Source of the DNA: Bacteroidales bacterium
GTDB lineage: Bacteria > Bacteroidota > Bacteroidia > Bacteroidales > WCHB1-69
Direction of reading: 5' to 3'
Assembly: GCA_017962845.1 (NCBI GenBank)
Contig: JAGCUN010000006.1
Span: 2,336-66,335, forward strand
Length of the DNA: 64,000 nt
Part shown: piece after piece, positions 10,039-20,719 of the stretch
Layout of the letters: the number at the start of each line of letters is the position of its first letter
Position numbering within the stretch: the stretch's first letter is position 1
Translations under genes and position numbers: made by a program
Notes under the pieces: generated by a model
Seen by the model: only the letters and a program-made list of their open reading frames with translations
Told to the model about the DNA's origin: nothing
The model's database searches: none

Positions 10039-13000
10039 ATGCTAGACAAAATTATACAATTCTCACTCAACAACAAGTACTTTATCTTGTTGTGTTCCAT
10101 TCTGTTAATCATCTTTGGTGTACGCACCACGAAACAGATGGACATTGATGTTTTTCCTGACCTGACCGCCCCCACCGTGGTGGTGATGACCGACTGCCAT
10201 GGTCTCACCTCCGAGGAGGTGGAGCGGCTGGTGAGCTACCCTATCGAGACCGCCATGAACGGGGCTACCGACGTGCGGCGGGTGCGTTCCACCTCGTCGC
10301 AGGGCTTCTCGTTCGTGTGGGTGGAATTCGACTGGGGCACCGACATTTCCAAAGCACGCCAAGTGGTGAGCGAGAAGCTGGTGACCGTTGAAGGGCAGAT
10401 TCCGGAAGAGGTCGGTCAGCCCGTGATGGCACCACAGTCGAGCGTGATGGGCGAGATTTTCTTTGTGGGACTGCAGTCCGACAGCATCTCGCCGATGGAG
10501 CTGCGCGACATTGCAGAGTGGCAGGTGCAGCCCGTCATCATGTCCACCAACGGAGTGGCGCAGGTCACCATCATCGGCGGCGACTACAAGCAGTTCCAGG
10601 TGCTGGCCGACCCGTACAAGATGGATGGCTACGGGGTTACGATGGAAGAGCTGGAGCAAGTGTGCCGCAGTATGAGCGACAACTCGTCGGGGAGCGTGGT
10701 GCGTGAATACGGCAACGAGTACGCCGTGCGCGGCATCGCCCGTACCGCCGACACTAGCGAGATGGAACGAACCTTCGTGAAGATGCGCAACGGCCAGCCC
10801 GTCACCGTCGGCGATGTGGCCCGCGTGACCATCGCACCCGCCCAGAAATTCGGCTACGGCAGCGCCAACGCAAAACCCGCCATCGTGATGTCCATCACCA
10901 AACAACCCAATGCCAACACATTGGAGGTGACCGAACAGATTGAGCAGAAACTCGCCTCCATGGAGAAAGCCCTTCCCAAAGGCGTGACCGTCAACACCCA
11001 CCTCTTCCGTCAGGCCGACTTCATCCATACTTCGGTGAGCAACGTGGAACGCGCCCTCATCGAAGGCAGCGTGCTGGTGGTCATCATTCTTTTCCTCTTC
11101 CTCGGCAACTTCCGCACCACCCTCATCTCGCTGCTCGCCATTCCCCTGTCACTGCTGGCTACCATCATCACCCTCAAAGCATTAGGCATGACCATCAACA
11201 CCATGAGCTTGGGCGGTATGGCCATCGCTGTCGGCTCGCTGGTGGATGATGCCATTATCGATGTGGAGAATGTTTATAAACGACTGCGGCAGAACCGGCT
11301 CAAACCGCCGGAAGAGCAGCAGACCCTCTTCAACGTGGTGTTTCACGCCTCTTCCGAAATCCGCAGTTCCATCTTCAACGCCACCCTCATCATCATGGTG
11401 TCGTTCATCCCGCTCTTCTTCTTGTCGGGCATGGAAGGCCGCATGCTGAAACCGCTCGGCATCGCCTTCATCGTCTCGCTCTTCATGTCGCTGATTGTCG
11501 CCATGACACTGACACCGCTACTTTCGAAGATGCTGCTGGGACACGACAAGTTCCTGGCACGCAACCAGAAAGACAAATGGTTGACGCGCTTCCTGAGCCG
11601 TCACTACCTGAAAAGTCTGCAATGGTCGCTGCGGCACAACGGCTGGGTGATTGGCAGCGTGGTAGGTCTCTTCATCGTAGCGGTTTCGCTTTTCTTCACG
11701 TTAGGAAGAAGTTTCTTGCCCGAATTCAACGAAGGGTCGCTAACGCTTTCTGTAGTGACGCAGGCAGGCACCTCATTGGATGAGAATAATGAGATTGGAA
11801 ATTTGGTGGAGAAAACCTTGCTGTCGATTCCGGAGGTGACAGGCACGTGCCGCCGCACAGGACGGGGCGAGCTGGACGAACACTCGCAGGCCACCAACAG
11901 CGCAGAAATCGAGGTGAACTTCCAGTTGAAAGACCGCTCCAAAGAAGAGTTTGTGGAGGAAGTGCGCGAAAAATTGGCCGCCATTCCGGGTATCGCCACC
12001 ACCGTCGGACAGCCGCTCGGGCACCGCATCGACCACATCCTGTCGGGCACCCGCGCCAACATCGCCATCAAGATTTTCGGCAACGACCTCAACGACCTTT
12101 ACACCACCGGTCAGAAAATCAAACAGAGCATCGAACATATTGAAGGACTGGTAGATGTGAATGTGGAACAGCAGGTGGAAGTGCCTCAGTTGCAGATTCG
12201 GGCCAACCGCCAAATGTTGGCGCAACACGGCATCACCATCGAGCAGTTCAACCGCTACGTCAGCACAGCCATCGGCGGCGAGAAGCTGAGCGACATCTAC
12301 GAAGGCGCCTACAAGTATGATCTGATTCTGCGCCTCGACTCCAACTACACGCAAACTATTGAAGGACTGAACAATGCGCTGATAGACACGTACGATGGCG
12401 GGAAAGTACCTTTGTCGGAGGTGGCCGAAATCCGCTCTGCCAGCGGTCCCAACTCCATCAACCGCGAGAACGGTCAGCGTAAATTAGTGGTATCGGCCAA
12501 CGTGGCTGGTCGCGACCTGCACGGTGTGGTAACCGAGCTGCAACAAACTATCGACAAGGACGTGAAGCTGCCCGAAGGCACCCGCATTGAGTACGGCGGC
12601 CAGTTCGAGAGCGAGGCCACCGCCTTCCGTATGCTGCTGCTCACCTCGGGCCTCGCCCTCATCATCATCCTGCTGCTGCTCTTCCGCGAGTTCAAGAACT
12701 TCAAGCTCGCCAGCATCATCCTGATCAACCTGCCCATGGCTCTCATCGGCGGTGTGTTCGCCCTCCGATTCACCAGCGGTGTGCTCAGCATTCCGGCTAT
12801 CATCGGATTCATCTCCCTGTTTGGCATCGCCACCAGAAATGGCATCCTACTTGTATCCAACTACTTACGGCTTCAAAAGAGCGGACTTTCGCTCACCGAA
12901 ACGGTGGTACAAGGCTCCAACGACCGATTGAATGCCATCCTGATGACCGCCATCACCGGCGCACTCGCCCTGCTGCCCATGGCTATCAACGGCAACCTTC

Positions 13001-13137
13001 CTGGCAACGAGATTCAGAGCCCGCTCGCCATCGTGATTCTGGGCGGACTGGTCACTTCCACCATCCTCAACATTTACGTAGTGCCCGTGGTTTACTTCCT
13101 GACACACAAGGAGAAAGCATCATCCATTAAAGAATAA
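10039..13137 (+). CDS. CusA/CzcA family heavy-metal efflux RND permease
   Basis: 1032 aa; MDIDVFPDL, EEVERLVSYPIE, AIAVGSLVDDAIIDVEN, FLPEFNEG, ILMTA. Confidence 0.93.
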   Translation: MLDKIIQFSLNNKYFILLCSILLIIFGVRTTKQMDIDVFPDLTAPTVVVMTDCHGLTSEEVERLVSYPIETAMNGATDVRRVRSTSSQGFSFVWVEFDWGTDISKARQVVSEKLVTVEGQIPEEVGQPVMAPQSSVMGEIFFVGLQSDSISPMELRDIAEWQVQPVIMSTNGVAQVTIIGGDYKQFQVLADPYKMDGYGVTMEELEQVCRSMSDNSSGSVVREYGNEYAVRGIARTADTSEMERTFVKMRNGQPVTVGDVARVTIAPAQKFGYGSANAKPAIVMSITKQPNANTLEVTEQIEQKLASMEKALPKGVTVNTHLFRQADFIHTSVSNVERALIEGSVLVVIILFLFLGNFRTTLISLLAIPLSLLATIITLKALGMTINTMSLGGMAIAVGSLVDDAIIDVENVYKRLRQNRLKPPEEQQTLFNVVFHASSEIRSSIFNATLIIMVSFIPLFFLSGMEGRMLKPLGIAFIVSLFMSLIVAMTLTPLLSKMLLGHDKFLARNQKDKWLTRFLSRHYLKSLQWSLRHNGWVIGSVVGLFIVAVSLFFTLGRSFLPEFNEGSLTLSVVTQAGTSLDENNEIGNLVEKTLLSIPEVTGTCRRTGRGELDEHSQATNSAEIEVNFQLKDRSKEEFVEEVREKLAAIPGIATTVGQPLGHRIDHILSGTRANIAIKIFGNDLNDLYTTGQKIKQSIEHIEGLVDVNVEQQVEVPQLQIRANRQMLAQHGITIEQFNRYVSTAIGGEKLSDIYEGAYKYDLILRLDSNYTQTIEGLNNALIDTYDGGKVPLSEVAEIRSASGPNSINRENGQRKLVVSANVAGRDLHGVVTELQQTIDKDVKLPEGTRIEYGGQFESEATAFRMLLLTSGLALIIILLLLFREFKNFKLASIILINLPMALIGGVFALRFTSGVLSIPAIIGFISLFGIATRNGILLVSNYLRLQKSGLSLTETVVQGSNDRLNAILMTAITGALALLPMAINGNLPGNEIQSPLAIVILGGLVTSTILNIYVVPVVYFLTHKEKASSIKE

Positions 13138-13141
13138 AACT

Positions 13142-14317
13142 ATGAAAAGCATAAAAATCATCACCAGCCTTTTGATCACCATCTCCCCTCTCCTATTGTT
13201 GGGCCAAACTGTCGAGGAGGTATGGAATGCCGTAAGCAATAACAACCTGACCATCAAGGCTTACCAGCAGCAGAAAGAAGCGGAATGCATGGAAAACCAC
13301 GTGGGATTGGCACCCGACAACACGGAAGTGGAGTTTGCATACTTGTGGGGAAATCCCAACAGCATCGGCAACCGCATTGACGTGAGCGTGATGCAGCCGT
13401 TCGAATTCCCTACCACCTACGTTTACCGCAACCGCATCGCCCGCCTGCGCGATGAGCAGTCGGCATTTTTTCTCAACCAACAGCAAAATGAGGTTCTGAA
13501 AGAGGTGGGAGAATTATACTATAACATTGTGTATCAGAATGCTCGTATCAGCGACATGAATCACTGCTTGCAATTCCTATCCGACATCTCATCGGCGTAC
13601 AAGGCCAAGTTTGATGCGGGAGAAATCAACATCTTCGACTATAATCGGGTGAAATTGGCGGAGCTGAACCTCCAGCAGGAGAAAAGCCATGCCGAAACCG
13701 AGCGCAACAACCTGCTCTTACAGCTCCAGCAGCTGAATGGCGGGGTGAAGTTAGAGGTTACGGAGGACGAATTCCCCGAATTTGCGCTCTATAACAGCTT
13801 CAACGACTGGCAGTTGAAGAATCCCAAGATGGAGTGGCTGAACAAGCAGCAGGAGATCTCGGAGCAGGAGGTGAAGCTCAGCAAGTCGATGTGGGCACCC
13901 AAGTTCCAGGCCGGCTACATGTGCGAACGGGTGCCTTCGGAGCTTTTCCAAGGCATCAAGGTAGGTCTCACGCTGCCGTTGTGGCAACAGACCAACACCG
14001 TGAAGCTAGCGAACGCGCAAAGTTCTGCTGCAGCGCTGCTGGCCGCCGACGAGCAGTTCCGTTTCCGCACACACCTGCAATGCTGCTACGAGACCACCCG
14101 CGCTCTGGTGCAGCAGATCGACGAGTACCGCAACCTGATACAGTCAGTGGATGTGTTCGAACTGCTCAACCAGGCATTGGAGAGCGGACAGATTTCGCTA
14201 ATCGAATACCTGTCGGAACTTTCGCTCTATCATGAAAGCCACGAGCGTCTCTGCGAGATGGAGCACGACGCAGCGATGCAATATTTGGAATTGCAGCTGT
14301 ACAGCCGGCAGCAGTAA
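13142..14317 (+). CDS. TolC/CzcC family outer-membrane factor
   Basis: Signal peptide, helical OEP repeats, GLTLPLW; third gene of the RND set. Confidence 0.85.
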   Translation: MKSIKIITSLLITISPLLLLGQTVEEVWNAVSNNNLTIKAYQQQKEAECMENHVGLAPDNTEVEFAYLWGNPNSIGNRIDVSVMQPFEFPTTYVYRNRIARLRDEQSAFFLNQQQNEVLKEVGELYYNIVYQNARISDMNHCLQFLSDISSAYKAKFDAGEINIFDYNRVKLAELNLQQEKSHAETERNNLLLQLQQLNGGVKLEVTEDEFPEFALYNSFNDWQLKNPKMEWLNKQQEISEQEVKLSKSMWAPKFQAGYMCERVPSELFQGIKVGLTLPLWQQTNTVKLANAQSSAAALLAADEQFRFRTHLQCCYETTRALVQQIDEYRNLIQSVDVFELLNQALESGQISLIEYLSELSLYHESHERLCEMEHDAAMQYLELQLYSRQQ

Positions 14318-14365
14318 AGGACAGGTTTCACCATCCGTTAGGGATAAACGAAGTGATAACGTACA

Positions 14366-14722
14366 TTAAACGAACATGAAGACATGGACTGTTGAACGTA
14401 TTTTGCGTCTCTTATATATCGCTGGTTCCCAAGGGGGCATCTCATATATGCATTTTTTAATAATTTCTTCGTCAATACCTTCAGTTATGCCTCTAATTAT
14501 GCGCACATCAATAATTTGACCAGTAGTGTCAACATCAAAAAAGACATCAACTGGTCCTGATGCATCTGCGCCGTTTTGTGATAAGGCATTAAGGATTTTG
14601 GTTATCAATTCCGTTTCAAATGGATAGTTGGGGTATGCTTCCTCATCGACATGGATAATTTGGACTTGCCCATATAAAAATAGTGGAAATGATAGAAGCC
14701 AACAAGTGAATAGTCTTTTCAT
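14366..14722 (-). CDS. TonB C-terminal domain protein
   Basis: Signal peptide; GPVDVFFDVDTTGQIIDVRIIRG..IDEE...MPPWEPA. AT-rich; TAACTTTG box at 14800-14807. Confidence 0.7.
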   Translation of the reverse strand: MKRLFTCWLLSFPLFLYGQVQIIHVDEEAYPNYPFETELITKILNALSQNGADASGPVDVFFDVDTTGQIIDVRIIRGITEGIDEEIIKKCIYEMPPWEPAIYKRRKIRSTVHVFMFV

Positions 14723-14959
14723 AGCCTTTATTGGTGGACTTAAATTTTTACTTTCTAACCACACCTCCCTACCCTGTAAGCATCTTAAAATACAGCGGGC
14801 AAAGTTACAAATTATTTTATGATTTCCAAGGGTTTGACGTTAATTTTATTAAAAAGGGGAATGTGCAAAATATCGATTCACATATTATTACAATTTATAA
14901 TTGCGTTTTTTCGTTAGTCACAATAAACCGCACACATATCACGTTGTTAAAATTTACAA

Positions 14960-15119
14960 AACAACTAATATTATCTTCATGAACAAAATACACGACAGAT
15001 TCCTTTGCATTGACGATGTCGTTTATCACATTGGAGCATCGCTGAAAGACCTCGGCAAGAAATGGTTTGCCTTCTCCAAAATGCAGATTCCCACTGAGTT
15101 ATTGGTGCGGAATGTGTGA
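14960..15119 (+). pseudogene. Remnant C-terminal domain of an ORF6N/RhuM-associated protein (HDRF...HIGASLKDLGKKWFAFS)
   Basis: Only ~50 codons match the recognisable C-terminal motif; no upstream N-terminal domain. Confidence 0.65.
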
Positions 15120-15140
15120 TGAAACCATTTCGACAGCGCC

Positions 15141-16874
15141 CTATCGCTCCATCAACTCCTTATGATGCTGAAGGATGTACTTCGCGGTGCCTTTCTTGTC
15201 GGAGAATTCAAACATCGACATCGAATACCAGCCCTCGTAGTCGGGCGCCCAGTAGCGGATGCCTTCCAAGCCGTTGTCCTTGCCCCACACCATCACATCC
15301 GCATAGATGTCGGCCTGTCCCTGCTGATCGTGCTTGTAACCGCGCACCTTTTTGTTCCATCCCGCGAAAGGTCCCTCCATCTTGCCCGACGGATAGGAGA
15401 ACTCGCCGATGAAAACGGGAAGTCCGCACTTTTTGTTGATTTTGGTCACCGTTTTCTTCAACAGTTTCTTCTTGTTCGCCGACATGGCCGGGGCACTGGG
15501 ATAGTAGCTGATGCCCGCCACATCCATCTCATAGCCATTGTCTTTCATATAGTTGAAGAACTTCACACTGCATTTGGGCGGGAATACCACAGTGGCAATG
15601 TGGGTGGAAAATCTGACGGTGGAATCGGAGATGCCCAATTTCGCATAAGCGCTTAAAATGCCGTTTTTCACAGCTGCGTACGCCTTCGCATCATGCTGCC
15701 ACACATGCTTTTTCAGCCACCATGTCGAAAAGACCGGCGCCAGATACCGTTTGAGAGTTCCAGCCTTTGCCAGCTTGGGATCCACGGCGGTTTCCGCACC
15801 GATGCCGATACCGGCGAAGCAGAAGTTGGCCTCGTTGCCGAGGTTCCAGTTGTTGACCGTGCAGCCGGTGCTGAGAATCGCTTCGGCCACAAAAGCGCCA
15901 TAGGCCTCCAGCACCACACAGATCTCGTCGAGGGTAAGCTCCTCCCAACGTTTTCCATTCTGCAGCGCGTAAATCTCCGGATACTCCTCAAAACGAGGCC
16001 CCTGCGACACCATCATATCCATATAGGTGTAGGCGCACATGATTTCCGGGTTGATCGGGATGCCCAACTCGGCGGCAATGCGGCACAACTCAATTCCCTG
16101 GTCGAAGGTGTGCACGTTGGCGTTCTCATTCTCCACCCCGTCAACGGTATTTTCAGCCGTGACATGACGCTTTGTGGCGATGCGCACATACATCTCCGTG
16201 GAGCCGAGTTCACGGTAAATGTTCTGCAACTCCTGCGGGGTGGTGGCCGTACTGTGACCGACGGCAAAGGTATAGCCCTGCTGGAACTGGTTCAGCGAGA
16301 AGGGACTGAGGGACAGGGCGACACGGAAATCGCTGTTTTGGGTCGTGCGGCCTTTCTTCTCCTCTTTGTCGCCATCCTCTGCGGTCAACGTGTCGGCAGG
16401 CTGCAGGTCGGCAAAATCAACATTTCCCCCGAATCCCATCTGGTCGTTGGAATCGTACGTTTGCAGAGACGGTGCATGCACCGTCTCTGCAGGCACCATC
16501 CCTGTAGATATGGATGAGCTGCCCAAATATGCAATTGCATCCCCATTGCCGCCGCCATGATTCACCATTTTTACGGATGCCATCTGGCCGTTCTGGCGGG
16601 CGGTCAGAATGTAGGTGCCCGCAACCGACAGCGTGACACGGAATTCATGCCTCCCCGTAGGGATGTCATAATTTGGCATCCCTACAATGGAACGTCCATT
16701 CATGTCCCTGATTTCCAAGGTCACCGCACCCTCCTCCACCGTGGTCAGCCACACGTTGGTGGTACCGCTGAACGGATTGGGGGCATTCTGGAGGGAAAGG
16801 TTATGTGTAACAGTTTGTGCCATAGCGAAAAAGCACATCATCAATAGAAGGGAAAATGCAAAAAATCTTTTCAT
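15141..16874 (-). CDS. GH53-like clan GH-A glycoside hydrolase with an N-terminal T9SS-tail-like domain
   Basis: Signal peptide MKRFFAFSLL..AMAQ; LGNEAN acid/base, GISYYP and FIGEFSYP nucleophile motifs. N-terminal LQNAPNPF...EIRDMNGR...GTYILTAR. Confidence 0.75.
   Translation of the reverse strand: MKRFFAFSLLLMMCFFAMAQTVTHNLSLQNAPNPFSGTTNVWLTTVEEGAVTLEIRDMNGRSIVGMPNYDIPTGRHEFRVTLSVAGTYILTARQNGQMASVKMVNHGGGNGDAIAYLGSSSISTGMVPAETVHAPSLQTYDSNDQMGFGGNVDFADLQPADTLTAEDGDKEEKKGRTTQNSDFRVALSLSPFSLNQFQQGYTFAVGHSTATTPQELQNIYRELGSTEMYVRIATKRHVTAENTVDGVENENANVHTFDQGIELCRIAAELGIPINPEIMCAYTYMDMMVSQGPRFEEYPEIYALQNGKRWEELTLDEICVVLEAYGAFVAEAILSTGCTVNNWNLGNEANFCFAGIGIGAETAVDPKLAKAGTLKRYLAPVFSTWWLKKHVWQHDAKAYAAVKNGILSAYAKLGISDSTVRFSTHIATVVFPPKCSVKFFNYMKDNGYEMDVAGISYYPSAPAMSANKKKLLKKTVTKINKKCGLPVFIGEFSYPSGKMEGPFAGWNKKVRGYKHDQQGQADIYADVMVWGKDNGLEGIRYWAPDYEGWYSMSMFEFSDKKGTAKYILQHHKELMER
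16657..16685. repeat. GTAG-type REP-like palindrome inside a CDS
   Basis: GTAGGGATGTCA-TAATT-TGGCATCCCTAC; translates in frame as VGMPNYDIPT. Confidence 0.75.
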
Positions 16875-16895
16875 AATGGTTAAAATAAGAAGATG

Positions 16896-16947
16896 CAAAA
16901 ATACGGATATTGATGGAACCCCAAAAGCCCTAATCACCCTATTTTTG
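16896..16947. promoter_or_regulatory. Back-to-back -7 boxes for GH53 (16896-16903, minus) and AraC (16940-16947, plus)
   Basis: Two TATTTTTG boxes in a 92-bp divergent spacer. Confidence 0.6.
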
Positions 16948-16966
16948 TGGTCTAAAATACACTTTC

Positions 16967-17872
16967 ATGAAAAAGCCTTCCCCATCGCACCACAACCCCT
17001 TGCCGATTTACAACACCGACAACGTGGATTCCATCCTGACGTTTGAGAATGATTATTTCCAACTCTTTGAATATTACCCTAATAGGAACGTGCTGCCCGA
17101 GTATTTCCGCATCAACTATTATGCGGTTGAAATCCTGCTCGAAGGAGAGATGCACTGCAGCATCAACCTTCACCAGCTGCACGCCCAAGCCCCGTGTCTG
17201 ATCACCTTGCTGCCCGATTTTGTGCTGCATGTTGATTCCATGTCGGAGAATTGCAAAGCGTTGATTTTGGCGCACAATGGCCAATTCGCTGAAGAGTTGC
17301 AGATGAACGACTACTCGTACCATGCCCGGCAGGCAGCCCACGCCTATCCTTGCAACGCACTGGCACAAGAGCAATTACAGACTTCCCTCCAGTACTTTTC
17401 TCTTTTACAGGAGGTTTTGCGACAGAAAGATTCCAATCCCAACACGCGCGATTGCCTCCTCAAACTCACAAGCTCGCTGTTCCATTACCTGCAGGGCAGC
17501 TTTTCCGAACTCTACCAACGGCAGGCGGCACTCTCGCGAGCCGAGCAACTCACGGCCGACTTTTTCGATTTGGTTGAACACAACTGTTTCCAACACAAGG
17601 ATATCGCATGGTATGCGGAGCAGCTGTGCATCACGCCCAAGTATCTGGCCAACGTCATCAAAAAGATAACCTACAAACCTGCAGGCAACTGGCTCAACGA
17701 ACATATTCTACTACAGGCCAAGACATTACTCACTACCTCAAGGCTGTCCGTACAGCAGATTGCCGACCGGCTGGGTTTCAAAAACCAGTCGCATTTCGGC
17801 ACATTCTTCCGCCGTCACGAAGACATCAGTCCCGCGCAGTTCAGAAAGAAAAACTTGTCAACCGCACTATAA
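16967..17872 (+). CDS. AraC family transcriptional regulator
   Basis: C-terminal HTH: [12 protein letters not shown]...AKTLL...[33 protein letters not shown]. Confidence 0.93.
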   Translation: MKKPSPSHHNPLPIYNTDNVDSILTFENDYFQLFEYYPNRNVLPEYFRINYYAVEILLEGEMHCSINLHQLHAQAPCLITLLPDFVLHVDSMSENCKALILAHNGQFAEELQMNDYSYHARQAAHAYPCNALAQEQLQTSLQYFSLLQEVLRQKDSNPNTRDCLLKLTSSLFHYLQGSFSELYQRQAALSRAEQLTADFFDLVEHNCFQHKDIAWYAEQLCITPKYLANVIKKITYKPAGNWLNEHILLQAKTLLTTSRLSVQQIADRLGFKNQSHFGTFFRRHEDISPAQFRKKNLSTAL

Positions 17873-18922
17873 AATCAGCATGGCATCGCCGAAGGTGAGG
17901 AAGCGGTACTTCTGCTCCACAGCCTGCTTGTAAGCCTCCATCACAAATTCGTAACCGCCAAAAGCCGCCACCATCATCAGCATGGGGCTTTGCGACTGGT
18001 GGAAGTTGGTGACCATCGCATTGGCAACCATAAAGCTATAGGGCGGGAAGATGAACTTGTTGGTCCATCCCTGATACGGCTTCACATGACCGTTGGTATA
18101 GGTGGATGACTCAAGCGCTTTCATCGTAGTGGTACCAATAGCCACCACATTATGACCAGCATCCTTGGTATCGTTAATCTTCTGGGCGCAAAGTTCAGGA
18201 ATCTCCATGGCCTCAGAGTCGGTTTTGTGCTTGGTAAGGTCTTCCACGTCAATGTCGCGGAAGTTGCCGAGGCCCGCATGGAGGGTCAGCTCTGCGAATT
18301 CCACTCCCTTGATTTCCAATCTTTTCAGAAGTTCACGGCTGAAATGGAAGCCCGCGGTGGGAGCTGCCACACCGCCTTCGCACTTGGCGTAGAGGGTCTG
18401 ATAATCATCTTCGTCTTCCGGCGTGATGTCGCGCAGGCGCAGAATATCATCCGGAATGGGCATCGAGCCCAGCTCGCGGAGCTTGCGTTTGAAAGCGTCG
18501 TGGTCGTCATCGAAAAGGAAGCGGAGGGTACGGCCACGCGAGGTGGTGTTGTCAATCACCTCGGCCACCAAATCGTTATTTTCGCCAAAATAGAGCTTGT
18601 TGCCGATACGGATTTTACGGGCAGGATCAACCAAGACATCCCACAAACGGCTCTCTTCGTCCAATTCTCGGAGCAATGAGACGCGAATCTTCGCACCAGT
18701 CTTCTCCTTCTCACCAAACAAAACGGAAGGGAAAACCTTGGTGTTGTTCATCACAAAAAGATCCCCCTCGTCAAAGTAATCCAAAATATCCTTAAACTTC
18801 TTATGCTCAATGGTTTGAGTCTTTCTATTCAATACCATCAAACGTGCCTCATCGCGTGATTCTGTAGGGTGTAAAGCAATCAATTCCTGAGGCAAAAAAT
18901 ACTTAAATTGTGATAACTTCAT
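17867..18922 (-). CDS. queA: tRNA preQ1(34) SAM ribosyltransferase-isomerase
   Basis: [57 protein letters not shown]. Confidence 0.96.
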   Translation of the reverse strand: MKLSQFKYFLPQELIALHPTESRDEARLMVLNRKTQTIEHKKFKDILDYFDEGDLFVMNNTKVFPSVLFGEKEKTGAKIRVSLLRELDEESRLWDVLVDPARKIRIGNKLYFGENNDLVAEVIDNTTSRGRTLRFLFDDDHDAFKRKLRELGSMPIPDDILRLRDITPEDEDDYQTLYAKCEGGVAAPTAGFHFSRELLKRLEIKGVEFAELTLHAGLGNFRDIDVEDLTKHKTDSEAMEIPELCAQKINDTKDAGHNVVAIGTTTMKALESSTYTNGHVKPYQGWTNKFIFPPYSFMVANAMVTNFHQSQSPMLMMVAAFGGYEFVMEAYKQAVEQKYRFLTFGDAMLIL

Positions 18923-19013
18923 GCTACAATTTTCCTCTCTAAAAAATGGGGTGCAAAATTACAACATCAAAACACGTTTGTCAAGTGTTTTTTTCAATTT
19001 TTTGCAAAAAAAA

Positions 19014-19550
19014 TCAAAACCGATCCAAATACTTAAGATCGTAAGGGTTCAAATCGATGACTTTCCAATCTTTTGTGACAAAATAAACAAATTCTTCAAT
19101 ATAGCCATCGGTATAGCTGTAACATTTGGCCTCATACAACACGACAGGATCAATTTTAGTACTTAAGCTATTGTATGACTGCTTGTTGAAATAGTCGATA
19201 CTATTCTGAATCTTGTCCATCTTTTCTGACAGCTGGACGAGGGCATCGTTGTCACGGTTTTCGATAGCGGAATCGAGCTTGGGCTGGAGTTCATCGCGCT
19301 GTATGCTCAGCAGCTGACACATCAGGTCGCAATAGGTGGATTTGAAATAGGGTGTATATCCCACAAACTTGATGCTGTCGTACGCTCCCAAAGCATCATC
19401 GGTACGAGCATAGTTCATGGCGGCAGCTTCCACTTTCGAGCGCACTTCTTCTTCGGTCTGTGCCTTATCTTCCTCCTTTTTCTTGCAGCCTGACAGGGTT
19501 ACGATGGAAATGGAAATGGCTGCCAATAATATCGTTATATAAGTTCTCAT
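19014..19550 (-). CDS. Hypothetical lipoprotein
   Basis: Lipobox LSGC followed by KKKEEDK; coiled-coil middle. Confidence 0.7.
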   Translation of the reverse strand: MRTYITILLAAISISIVTLSGCKKKEEDKAQTEEEVRSKVEAAAMNYARTDDALGAYDSIKFVGYTPYFKSTYCDLMCQLLSIQRDELQPKLDSAIENRDNDALVQLSEKMDKIQNSIDYFNKQSYNSLSTKIDPVVLYEAKCYSYTDGYIEEFVYFVTKDWKVIDLNPYDLKYLDRF

Positions 19551-19553
19551 GCT

Positions 19554-20675
19554 TTAAAAAATGATTCCGATTTTTTCAATATCAATATGATTTTGATTTA
19601 AGGGAAGGACTTCTATATTTCCAAACTGATATACCATGCGGGTGCCGAGAGGCTGAATGGCCGAGCCACCCTGCATTAGGGTAAGTTCAGTAGCCTTAGG
19701 GGTGCGAATGCGGTAACCCGTATTCGGCTTATTTCCTTTGGAGCAATTCCAGCTGATGACAAACTCATCTGCAATATTCACCCCTTCCTCCGGTTCCAAC
19801 TGAAGATAATAGTTCTCCGCAGGTTTTGCCGACAGTCGGGTATTGAAGCCTGCGGTGGGCGAAACCGAGAAAAGCGGGAGAAGTCTTGCCGTGCTGTCGG
19901 GAGTAACGACAAGTGTATAATGCAGTTCTTCGTCCACTACAAAACCGGTAAAGAGAGAGAGGTAGTTCCGCTCCAACTCATCCAGCTTTTCCAGCATCAT
20001 GGCTAAAGTGGACGATGAATAGGCGACTTCATTTTCACCCGTCAGCAATTCATAGCGGTCATCGCGAATCCTACCAATCATATCAGCCGCCTCTTGAGCC
20101 TGCTGCGCACCGCTCTTGGCCACCATCTGTTTTTTCTGCGCAGGAACTTGGCGTACCACACCATCCACCAGCTGGGTCTCCGTATAACTATCGGTCTGCT
20201 CCATATAGGCGAGGTCGGAGTAGTAACGGAAAAAGTCCGGAATTTGCACAGACTGTTCGGCATAACACATCGGTTCTTGCATCAATCCCGATTCTGCACA
20301 TGCCATCTTATGTTGGGTCAGCCATCCTTTTTTCATCTGCGCAGATGAAAGTTCAACAGCATACATGCAAGCGGTATCAGGAATTGCAATCGCCTGTATT
20401 TCAACACTCTTCAAAGAAAACACATTTTTGTCACTCGAAATGACATGAGTAAGACCGAGCAATTTGTCGGCATATTGGGAGTAGATGCCGGCAAATTCAT
20501 GCGAAAGGGTGATGGTAACCTCCACTTGGAAAGCCGTTTGCGGAAGCGCATACACCACATACTCTTTTCCGAATGCGAAAGCACTATCGACCGGCAGCGG
20601 CGACACCTTCTTTTGTGCGAAAAGCCCCGTGGTGACGAGGCTTGAAATCATAATCAGGAAAAATATTTTTTTCAT
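19554..20675 (-). CDS. DUF4831-like exported protein
   Basis: Signal peptide from ATG 20675; VVYALPQT...GIYSQYADKLLG...AQEAADMI..IR..R..L..GE...YLSLFTG...QFG. Confidence 0.7.
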   Translation of the reverse strand: MKKIFFLIMISSLVTTGLFAQKKVSPLPVDSAFAFGKEYVVYALPQTAFQVEVTITLSHEFAGIYSQYADKLLGLTHVISSDKNVFSLKSVEIQAIAIPDTACMYAVELSSAQMKKGWLTQHKMACAESGLMQEPMCYAEQSVQIPDFFRYYSDLAYMEQTDSYTETQLVDGVVRQVPAQKKQMVAKSGAQQAQEAADMIGRIRDDRYELLTGENEVAYSSSTLAMMLEKLDELERNYLSLFTGFVVDEELHYTLVVTPDSTARLLPLFSVSPTAGFNTRLSAKPAENYYLQLEPEEGVNIADEFVISWNCSKGNKPNTGYRIRTPKATELTLMQGGSAIQPLGTRMVYQFGNIEVLPLNQNHIDIEKIGIIF

Positions 20676-20719
20676 TTCAGATGTTGTAATCGAATTATGT
20701 GCGACAGCGAGGGGGACCG

